A stretch of DNA of 64,000 bases from Myxococcota bacterium (GTDB lineage Bacteria; Myxococcota_A; UBA9160; SZUA-336): contig CBDFGR010000002.1 of the NCBI GenBank assembly GCA_965247115.1, forward strand, positions 128,001 to 192,000, in the 5' to 3' direction. The notes beneath the pieces were generated by a model. It worked only from the letters and a program-made list of their open reading frames with translations. It did no database searches and was not told the origin of the DNA. The position numbers and the translations under genes are program-made. Positions 8,054-15,505 of the stretch are shown piece after piece. Each line of letters starts with the position of its first letter. The stretch's first letter is position 1.

Positions 8054-9006
8054 ACGAGCCGCTCAATGTCTATGACCCGGTTCGGGAGAAATCTGGAAGC
8101 CTCGAAAGTCTGCTTGAGGCCAACCAGAGACATCGGGATAGCCAGTGGCCGGAGCCGTTCGATAAGACGACACACACGCTCCACCTGGGCGACGCGAGAA
8201 AGCTGGATCAGATAGAAGCGGGCTCCATACATCTGATTGTCACATCCCCGCCATACTGGACGTTGAAAAAGTATCCCGCTGCCAAAGACCAGCTTGGCGA
8301 TATAGAAGATTACGAGCAGTTTCTGGTGTCTCTAGATCGCGTATGGCGCGAGTGTGAGCGCGTGTTGGTGCCAGGTGGGAGGATCTGCTGCGTGGTCGGC
8401 GACGTGTGTATGTCGAGGAAAAAGAACGGGAAACACTACGTCGTGCCGTTACATGCGGATATTCAGGTCCGATCCCGCGCGCTGGGTCTGGACTGTCTTA
8501 CGCCGATCTTCTGGCACAAGATCTCTAACGGCCTCCAAGAGGCGAGCGGAAACGGGGCGCGCTACTACGGAAAGCCGTACCAGCCCGGCGGCGTGATTAA
8601 GAATGATGTGGAATACATTCTGTTCTTCAGGAAGGGAGCAGGTTACCGCTCGCCGTCCGCCGAGCAACAGGCACTCTCGATGCTGACCAAAGCGGAGGTT
8701 CGGAGCTGGTTCAAGTCGGCGTGGACGGACATTAAAGGGGCTTCGACGCGGAACGGACACCCGGCGCCCTATCCCACGGAAGTTGCTGAGCGCCTGATCC
8801 GCATGTTTTCGTTCGCTGGGGATACTGTACTAGACCCATTTGTCGGGACCTGTTCAACCCTGATCGCTGCGATGCACATGGGCCGGAATTCCATAGGAAT
8901 CGAGATTGAGCCAGCTTACCTTGAACTTGCCAAATACCGTCTTGAAGGTGAACTCGAAACACATCGCTTCAACGTAAACACCACAGCCTTGCTGATCGGA
9001 CCGTAG
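8050..9006 (+). CDS. Site-specific N4/N6 DNA methyltransferase (beta class), orphan
   Basis: VTSPPYW, HPAPYPTEVAERLIRMFS..GDTVLDPFVGT; ATGA overlap; visibly more AT-rich than host genes. Confidence 0.9.
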   Translation: MNEPLNVYDPVREKSGSLESLLEANQRHRDSQWPEPFDKTTHTLHLGDARKLDQIEAGSIHLIVTSPPYWTLKKYPAAKDQLGDIEDYEQFLVSLDRVWRECERVLVPGGRICCVVGDVCMSRKKNGKHYVVPLHADIQVRSRALGLDCLTPIFWHKISNGLQEASGNGARYYGKPYQPGGVIKNDVEYILFFRKGAGYRSPSAEQQALSMLTKAEVRSWFKSAWTDIKGASTRNGHPAPYPTEVAERLIRMFSFAGDTVLDPFVGTCSTLIAAMHMGRNSIGIEIEPAYLELAKYRLEGELETHRFNVNTTALLIGP

Positions 9007-9104
9007 TGACCTCGCAAACCGTCGGAGACGAAGCGCTGGCGGCTCGGGCGTGGAAAGTTTCAGGGATAATTCCCAAACAGAAGTAATGACGGGCAGCCAA
9101 TCCC

Positions 9105-9144
9105 TTGACATATACCGAAATAGATATATCATTCTCGGCATATG
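9105..9144 (+). promoter_or_regulatory. Sigma70 promoter with overlapping inverted-repeat operator for the TA operon
   Basis: TTGACA 9105-9110, 16-bp spacer, TATCAT 9127-9132; catataccga 9109-9118 / tcggcatatg 9135-9144. Confidence 0.7.
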
Positions 9145-9498
9145 GCAGAGGACAAGCCGATTGCTTGGCTCGCCGCAGAATGGCAGACACCGCCGATGAG
9201 TCAGGAAGCTCGCCTATGGGCAGGGTTCCTGCTCCGGCAACTGCAGCAAGGCGAGTCGCTCTCGATGCCCCACTCTCGGCCGATGCCCGCGATCGGGCGG
9301 AGGGTGCATGAGCTTCGAATCAAGGACGAAAAGGCGAAGGCGACATGGCGAATTCTCTACCGAATCGACGCCGACCGGATCGTGGTGATCCAGTGGTTCG
9401 ACAAGGATACGAAGCGGACCCCCAAGGGCGTCATCGAAACAACCAAACAGCGCCTCGCGCGCTATGACGAAGCAAAGAGGAGAGGCAGCACACGGTAG
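9142..9498 (+). CDS. RelE/HigB-like type II toxin (Gp49-like)
   Basis: PHSRPMPAIGRRVHELRIKD...WRILYRIDADRIVVIQWFDKDTKRTP. Confidence 0.88.
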   Translation: MAEDKPIAWLAAEWQTPPMSQEARLWAGFLLRQLQQGESLSMPHSRPMPAIGRRVHELRIKDEKAKATWRILYRIDADRIVVIQWFDKDTKRTPKGVIETTKQRLARYDEAKRRGSTR

Positions 9499-9582
9499 GT
9501 CGACTGAGACCCGCGATGGACTGAAGGTCCCCCCCAACGGATCCAGGTCCAGCCCCCCCCCAACTCAGGAAGAAGCCCACCC

Positions 9583-9891
9583 ATGAAGAAGAAGGAACTG
9601 GAGGCCCTTGAGGCCGACGGCTGGCAGATCGGGACGGTTCAGGAACTCCTGGATCTCTCGGACAGCGAGATGGCATTCATCGAGATGAAGGTCGCCCTCG
9701 CAAAGGCAGTGAAGGAGAAGAGAGCCAAAGGACGAGTGAGCCAGACGCAGCTTGCAGCTCGAATGGGATCGAGCCAGCCACGTGTAGCGAAACTGGAGAA
9801 GGGAGAAGCAACGATTGATCTGCTCGTGCGTGCGCTCCTTGCGATGGGAGCATCTCCGACGCAGATCGGTCGAAAAATCGGAGCAGGCTGA
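9583..9891 (+). CDS. HigA-like XRE HTH antitoxin
   Basis: LEADGWQIGTVQELLDL...SQTQLAARMGSSQPRVAKLEKG; downstream of toxin. Confidence 0.85.
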   Translation: MKKKELEALEADGWQIGTVQELLDLSDSEMAFIEMKVALAKAVKEKRAKGRVSQTQLAARMGSSQPRVAKLEKGEATIDLLVRALLAMGASPTQIGRKIGAG

Positions 9892-9982
9892 AGTCGAAGT
9901 GACCCCAGATCTTAGATGTCGGACCCAGACCGTAGGGTAAGCGGACGGACTTGACAGCGAATTCTTCGGAGAGGAGCGAAGA

Positions 9983-10234
9983 GTGGTGAGCGAAGAAGAC
10001 GACTTGCGAGCCGAGGTCGAACGGTTGCGAGCCAAGGTTGCGGAGATCGATAGGAAAAAGAAGGCTCGGATCCAACTGAAGGTCAGCCAGAAAGGGGCTC
10101 TGTCGCTCTACGGGCTCCGCCGATTCCCGGTCACACTCTACGCGGACGAGTGGGAGGAGGTTCTCGAAAGGAGCGATGAGATCCGCAGCTTCATCGCGGA
10201 GCATCCCGCCGAGCTCAAGCGGAAGGAAGAATGA
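9983..10234 (+). CDS. Small conserved-looking hypothetical protein
   Basis: GAGGAG RBS; coiled-coil N-terminus then LKVSQKGALSLYGLRRFPVTLYADEW. Confidence 0.7.
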   Translation: MVSEEDDLRAEVERLRAKVAEIDRKKKARIQLKVSQKGALSLYGLRRFPVTLYADEWEEVLERSDEIRSFIAEHPAELKRKEE

Positions 10235-10270
10235 GCCGCCCTCTCAGCCCGTGCCGCTCGCCGATCGCCT

Positions 10271-10399
10271 ATGACTCCTGGTGAGTTCATCGCCAAGTGG
10301 CGAGCGTCGGAGCTGAAGGAGCGCTCGGCCTCCCAGGAACACTTCATCGACCTATGCCGGCTCCTGGACGAGCCGACGCCGGTCGAGGCCGATCCGACA
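10271..10399 (+). pseudogene. N-terminal fragment of MmeI-like (type IIL/IIG) restriction-modification enzyme
   Basis: MTPGEFIAKWRASELKERSASQEHFIDLCRLLDEPTPVEADPT, after which similarity stops abruptly. Confidence 0.7.
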
Positions 10400-10713
10400 T
10401 CAGCAAGCTCAAGCAACACATCAAGGACGAGGAGCAGACGGCTCTCCTCAAAGCCCATGGCAAAATCGAGACGCGGAAGCGCTTCAAGCACTCTTCCGGG
10501 AACCAGTTGCTAGAGGGCCGGCCGTCGAATCGACTGTATTTCGACGAGTCCGGGAGTCCGAACGCATCCGATCATCCGAACGACCAGCCGTTCTTCGCGT
10601 TGGGTGCCATCGCGATCTCTGCCGAGGAGGAGCTCGCCTACAGGAAGCGCGCAGATGAGATCAAGATGGAGTTTCTTGGCAAGAGCTCCGTGACGTTCCA
10701 CGAGCCCAAGATG
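10400..10713 (+). pseudogene. DUF3800-family protein, N-terminal half
   Basis: LYFDESG...PFFALGAIAI...IKMEFLG...TFHEPKM. Confidence 0.75.
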
Positions 10714-10747
10714 TCATTTCGTATATTCCAATTAGGAGGGCGGTTAA

Positions 10748-11280
10748 GTGAATATCCACGCTACGCTGTCATCACTTTTGCTCGCAATGCTCACCGTGCT
10801 CAACCCACATGCGGTGGCCGCCGCCTGCGTCGAAGACAGTGCCGAGGTGGTGGTTCGCGTCTATCGCTTCAGTGAAGGCCCGCCCGCGTACGCCTTCATG
10901 GTGATCAACAACGCGAGTGCTCCAATCCGTACCCTTAGCATTGGATGGGGCACGGAGCCGTCTCTGCCTATCAATGCGGAGAACATCCCGACGAGCGTGG
11001 GTTCTCCAACGGGCTGGGAGGGGAACTATTTCTTCTCGGACAATCACCCGAGTGAGTACATGCAATACCTCTGGGAAGCCAAAGATTCGGAGAGAAGAAT
11101 TTCGCCTGGGGCGTCTCTTTCCGGATTTTCGGTACAACTACCCTACCCAAAAGCACGGAACAGCGATGGCTCTTCGGCCCACGAGGGCGTCCAGTCATAC
11201 GGGCCGATCTGCGGGATGTTCCATTTGAAGTCCTCCTAACCGGCGGCATATGTTATGCCGGTTTCATGTCGGTGGACTAA
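10748..11280 (+). CDS. Putative secreted protein (probable frameshift near 11190; ORF track ends it at 11239)
   Basis: Signal peptide MNIHATLSSLLLAMLTVLNPHAVAA; AGGAGG RBS; alternative frame continues ADLRDVPFEVLLTGGICYAGFMSVD* to 11280. Confidence 0.55.
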
Positions 11281-11306
11281 AGCGCCCACACGGGCGAAGC
11301 ACCTGA

Positions 11307-11729
11307 TTGGCTCAAGCAATGCTCCCTGTTTGTTGGTGTGCGTACATGGTTGCGCTCGCGGCTGTGCTAGTCGTCGGGTTAGGAATCTGGACGCAGTTCC
11401 ACATATCGCTGAGGTCTTTGGGGCCTGACACGCTCGTTTTCTTGTCCTTGTTTGTGTTTCTCGGAATCCCGATATTCGGGGCAACGACCTGGTTATCGAG
11501 GCGCGTACTACTAGTTGCTAATCATTTCTCTTCGGTTGTACCCCTGTATGTTTTTATGGCCGGAATGTTGTTGATGATCGCGGCCCGTCCTCCGCAGGGT
11601 GTTGGCCTTGAAGGCGGTGACATCGCTGCCCGTGTGTCAGTATTTGTAGCGGTGGTCGGGATCATCGTTGACCTTGTGCTAGGGAAAACTCTCGCGAAGG
11701 GATCGGATACCCAGGACCCGTTGCGCTGA
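11307..11729 (+). CDS. Hypothetical membrane protein (~4 TM helices)
   Basis: Four hydrophobic stretches; T-rich coding; start uncertain. Confidence 0.6.
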   Translation: MAQAMLPVCWCAYMVALAAVLVVGLGIWTQFHISLRSLGPDTLVFLSLFVFLGIPIFGATTWLSRRVLLVANHFSSVVPLYVFMAGMLLMIAARPPQGVGLEGGDIAARVSVFVAVVGIIVDLVLGKTLAKGSDTQDPLR

Positions 11730-11781
11730 GCCGCTACGCCAGGCTCAAGCCGAGATCAAGGTGGTGAAGCCGCATCGCTTA

Positions 11782-12201
11782 CCCAAGATGAGGATACGCG
11801 ACGGGATCTTCTCCTTCGACGGTGATACAGCTAAGCAGGCGGCATTCGACCGCGAGGTCGACCGGCTTGTCGGCGGGACGAATTTCGTCGCGTTCGGTGC
11901 CGGCATCCGGAAGGACGCGTTTCAGGAAGACTTTGTCGCAACGAAGATCAATCCGTACCTACCGACTGATGTGTACGCTGTCGCGATCCAGATGGTGCTC
12001 GAGCGCTACGTCGACTACCTGGCTGTGGCCACCCGAGAAAAGCCGAGAGGCCGGCTGACGTTCGAAGCACAGGGTCCTCGAGAGGACGCTGAGCACCTCA
12101 TGCACTACGCGATGACGCTGCTCGGGGGTACACAGTGGGTCCCCGAATCGGCGTTTCAGGCGAAGCTGGAGACTCGGGTCGAGTTCGTGCCCAAGCATTG
12201 A
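11782..12201 (+). pseudogene. DUF3800-family protein, C-terminal half (itself truncated)
   Basis: PKMRIRDGIFSF...VYAVAIQMVLER...LTFEAQGPRED...VEFVPKH*; the expected terminal (Q/E)xAD motif is absent. Confidence 0.7.
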
Positions 12202-12230
12202 GGCGCATCGAGACTCGGTGCCTGGAGACT

Positions 12231-12298
12231 AAAAGCGCCGGACCCCAAGGGAGTCCGGCGCCGATAGCGGGGGGGGGCGCTTCTTCTTTGTCCGCTTC
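12231..12298 (+). ncRNA. Candidate DUF3800-associated structured RNA
   Basis: 9-bp hairpin 12235-12243/12253-12261, further complementarity agcgg 12266-12270/ccgct 12292-12296 and aagcgcc/ggcgctt; immediately 3' of a DUF3800 gene. Confidence 0.5.
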
Positions 12299-12665
12299 GC
12301 CATGCTTAGCGCCAAGGATAGAGAAATGCTCGCTCCCACCTTTGCTCTAGCGGCGCGAGATCGCCAAGAAGGGCGCGGCGGCTCGCTGGGGCAAGCGTAA
12401 GGAATAATCCGAGGAATATTCCTCTTGACTTTGGGTCGCTCTCTGGCGGAACGGTAGCGTCCTAATTTGAGTGGCTACCTTTACGGATTCTGGAGCCACT
12501 TGGCATTCACGGAGACGCTCTCCACTTGCTCTACGGTCTCCGAGCAGAGGGTCTTGGACGCGATTCGACGGGCGCTGCGTGAGCAGGAAGAGCCGCAGTC
12601 GACCGAGGAACGGGCCAAGACACTGATCGAGAGAAGTGCCCAGAAGAAGCGAGCGGTGAGGTAGG

Positions 12666-13961
12666 ATGCAGTCTGAGGAGTGGGGGGTGCCCAAGGCACG
12701 ACTCTGGACGGATGACCGGGGACGGCTGAACGTCGTCGGCCAAGGCGTCCTCATGCGGGCTGGAACACGGGTCAGACGCAAGCGCCGCATGATCGTCCCC
12801 AAGGGGGATCCCGAGCTCGGCGCCGAGATCGTCAGGCAGCTCAACGTCCAGTTCGCGATGGGCGACGCCTCCTGGCTGGAGGGCCAAACGGATCCGGAAC
12901 CCAAACCGGTTCGACCGAGCACGCTGTCGGAGTGGGCGCCGCTGTGGCTGCAATCGTGCGCGCCTCCCGTGATCGGGCAGCGCACCTGGTACAACTACAG
13001 TATCCACGTGCGCGACCTGGTCGAGCGCCTCGGACAGAGATCGCTCGGCTCGATCGACACGGCCGAGGTCCTGCACCTCCGGAGCGCGCTTGAGTCGTCG
13101 AGGGGCAAGCGCGGGGCGCCACTCTCGCGTACTACCGTCAAGGACCGTCTCGGTGTGCTGGCCATGATGCTGCGTGACGCGAGGATCGAGGGCCTGATCG
13201 CCACGAACCCTCTCGCGGATCCCCTACCCCGTCGACGAACGAAGCGGGGAACCGGAACGCAGCGGGTCCGGCGCGTGCAGTTCCTCCCGTTTGAGGCCAG
13301 CGAGCTCGCTGCGCTTCTTCGAGTACTCGGAGCACCCGCCGCGCCTGTCCAGAAGGTCTACTACCCCCCGACGGAGATGCTGCTCCTCACCGGACTCCGG
13401 TGGGGCGAGGTCGCCGGCGTTCTCTGGGATGACATCTCGTGGAAGGGCCGGCGCGTGAACATCCGACGCGCGGTCGTGCGCGGACAGGACGATCCGACCG
13501 AACCGACGAAAACCGGCGCGCAGTGGGAGATCGAACTTCGCGCTCCGCTCGAGCATCTGCTCCAAACGCAGCGAACGCGAAGCTATCTCGGCCGCGTCGA
13601 TGGTCGCGTGTTCCCGGGGCGTCGTGGCTCCGTGATGAGCTACCACGAATGGCGGAAGCGCGGGTGGATCCCAGCGCTCCGCGCAGCCAAGGTCTCCCCG
13701 CGTGAGGGCGACGCGCAGAAGGCGCTGCGCAAGTCATACGTCACAGCGGCCCTCATCTGCGGCGAGAACGCGAAGCGGATCTCAGAGACACTCGGCCACG
13801 CGAACCCGCGCATGATCCTCGAGAAGTACGACGCCTTCCTCGGCCCAGAGTCATGGCCTGAGGCCGACGAGGTTGCGATGCTGAGGCAGATCTACGGGTG
13901 GGGAAACGTCCGACCCGAGGGCTCCCATGTGGCACCCCGAGGATCCCATCGTCGGAGCTGA
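12666..13961 (+). CDS. Tyrosine recombinase / phage integrase
   Basis: LLTGLRWGE (R), TKTG (K), KALRKSY (HxxR position), LGH, EKY (Y); ends 42 bp from the tRNA 3' end. Confidence 0.92.
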   Translation: MQSEEWGVPKARLWTDDRGRLNVVGQGVLMRAGTRVRRKRRMIVPKGDPELGAEIVRQLNVQFAMGDASWLEGQTDPEPKPVRPSTLSEWAPLWLQSCAPPVIGQRTWYNYSIHVRDLVERLGQRSLGSIDTAEVLHLRSALESSRGKRGAPLSRTTVKDRLGVLAMMLRDARIEGLIATNPLADPLPRRRTKRGTGTQRVRRVQFLPFEASELAALLRVLGAPAAPVQKVYYPPTEMLLLTGLRWGEVAGVLWDDISWKGRRVNIRRAVVRGQDDPTEPTKTGAQWEIELRAPLEHLLQTQRTRSYLGRVDGRVFPGRRGSVMSYHEWRKRGWIPALRAAKVSPREGDAQKALRKSYVTAALICGENAKRISETLGHANPRMILEKYDAFLGPESWPEADEVAMLRQIYGWGNVRPEGSHVAPRGSHRRS

Positions 13962-14003
13962 AACTCGCAACGAGCGCTAACTACGCGGATAACAATGGAA
14001 AAC

Positions 14004-14079
14004 TGGAGCACGAGACCGGACTCGAACCGGCGACAACCACGTTGGCAACGTGGAGCTCTACCAACTGAGCTACTCGTGC
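14004..14079 (-). tRNA. tRNA-Gly (GCC)
   Basis: GCACGAGTAGCTCAGTTGGTAGAGCTCCACGTTGCCAACGTGGTTGTCGCCGGTTCGAGTCCGGTCTCGTGCTCCA, 76 nt, encoded CCA, follows pgsA. Confidence 0.97.
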
Positions 14080-14113
14080 GTGAGGAGTGTTATGCGGCGC
14101 GTCTGAGGCGGCG

Positions 14114-14734
14114 TCAAGGGGTCGCTGGGGGTGCTCCCCGGCGACTCAGGTACCCGACGAAATAGGCGTACCCCGACCAGAGCGTGAGGCCCGTCGCGAG
14201 CACCAGCAGGAGCACTCCGATCGCGTGGGTGGGCAGCCCGAGGACCGGGTAATGCAACAGCAGCACCGTCAGCGCGGCGATCTGGAAGCCCGTCTTCCAC
14301 TTCCCCAGCGGGGCCGCGGGCAACAGCACACCCTCAGCAGAGGCCATCGCTCGCAGCCCAGTGACGGCGATCTCCCGGCCCAGGATTACGACGGCCATGA
14401 TGACGCCCAACTCGTTCAGGCGTTCCGGCACCGCGACTAGAACGACCAGCGCGGTCATGACCAGGATCTTGTCTGCCAGCGGATCGAGCAGCTTGCCGAT
14501 CCTGGTCTCCGCGCCGCGACGCCGCGCGACGTAGCCATCGAGCAGGTCCGTCAGCGACACGCCGAGGAAGCCCAGGCCCACCAGCGCAGACCACCACGGC
14601 CCCTGCCACCACAGGTTCAGCAGCAGGAGCGGGGTCGCCGCAATCCTGGAGAGCGTGATCAGGTTGGGCGCGTTCCAGATCTTCTCGATGGGCACAGACC
14701 CACTCAGCCCCGTGGTTTCAGCGGAAGTCTGCAT
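14114..14734 (-). CDS. pgsA: CDP-diacylglycerol--glycerol-3-phosphate 3-phosphatidyltransferase
   Basis: PNLITLSR, TDLLDGYVARR...GKLLDPLADK, GKWKT; start may be a few codons downstream. Confidence 0.93.
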   Translation of the reverse strand: MQTSAETTGLSGSVPIEKIWNAPNLITLSRIAATPLLLLNLWWQGPWWSALVGLGFLGVSLTDLLDGYVARRRGAETRIGKLLDPLADKILVMTALVVLVAVPERLNELGVIMAVVILGREIAVTGLRAMASAEGVLLPAAPLGKWKTGFQIAALTVLLLHYPVLGLPTHAIGVLLLVLATGLTLWSGYAYFVGYLSRRGAPPATP

Positions 14735-15317
14735 GATATCGCTTGTAGAGATTCATGACTCGCTTCACGTAGGTCCGGGTCTCCGGGTACGGCGGAATCC
14801 CCTTGTAGCGCCGCACCGGCTCCACTCCCGCATTGTAAGCCGCCAGTGCCAGCTGCGGCTCCCCAGGAAAGAGCTCGAGCATGGCGCTCAGGTACCGCGT
14901 GCCTCCATCTATGTTCTGCCACGGGTTGAACGGATCGTCCACCCCCAATGACCGAGACGTGCGGGGCATGAGCTGCATCAGTCCCTTCGCGCCCTTGCGG
15001 GAGACGGCGCGAGGATCGAAGGCGGACTCCGCGTGGATTACGGCCTTGACCAGAGCCGGAGAGACGCTCTGCTCTCGGGCCATTCGGGAGATCAGTCCAT
15101 CCCAGGCCCGCGTCGGGACGAAGGCACGCCGGGGCCGTGGCATGGGCCGGACGGGCCTCAGCTCGTGGGGCGTGAACCCGGCGTGACGCGGGTGGTCGCT
15201 GAAGTGAATCGAGCCGTCCGGATCGGTCCAGCTGTACACCTGGGCCTGCGAGGCAACCGGCAGTGCCAGAGCCGCCAGCAGCAGCAGCTTGTCCGCGAAT
15301 CCCAGCCAGCGTGGCAT
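14718..15317 (-). CDS. Lytic transglycosylase (DUF4124 + SLT domain)
   Basis: VYSWTDPDGSIHFSD; AVIHAESAF, GAKGLMQLMP, ALAAYNAG, PPYPETRTYV. Confidence 0.92.
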   Translation of the reverse strand: MPRWLGFADKLLLLAALALPVASQAQVYSWTDPDGSIHFSDHPRHAGFTPHELRPVRPMPRPRRAFVPTRAWDGLISRMAREQSVSPALVKAVIHAESAFDPRAVSRKGAKGLMQLMPRTSRSLGVDDPFNPWQNIDGGTRYLSAMLELFPGEPQLALAAYNAGVEPVRRYKGIPPYPETRTYVKRVMNLYKRYHADFR

Positions 15318-15505
15318 CCAGACACTCCCTCCCCGGCACGCCGGGGCCTAGTAGGCAGTCCCAGCTCCCGACTCCTTATCGGCGCACACCAGCGGCGGGT
15401 TGACCCTGGACCCTTGACCCGATCGGCAACAAGTCCGAGCCCTTGGGGAGCGCTTCTGCGCCCTCTCTGGCTCACCCTCCTACAGCGACTTAGAATGCCG
15501 GTCTC

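Larger units (their letters stand above)
10705..11790. mobile_element. Transposase-free cargo insert flanked by 9-bp direct repeat cccaagatg
   Basis: Repeat at 10705-10713 and 11782-11790; removing 1077 bp rejoins the DUF3800 frame (FHEPKMRIRDGIFSF). Confidence 0.75.
5607..14003. mobile_element. Proximal tRNA-Gly island / decayed prophage-like element
   Basis: att copy at 5607, integrase beside the tRNA, phage-type small ORFs, methyltransferases, TA pair; no structural phage genes seen. Confidence 0.85.

Noticed and set aside
11234..11384. Integron attC (tcctaac ... gttagga)
   Set aside because: 151-bp span with no convincing inner L boxes, right end lies inside the membrane ORF, and no IntI in the window
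12467..12664. Excisionase upstream of the integrase
   Set aside because: Position fits but there is no recognisable HTH or reliable start; left uncalled
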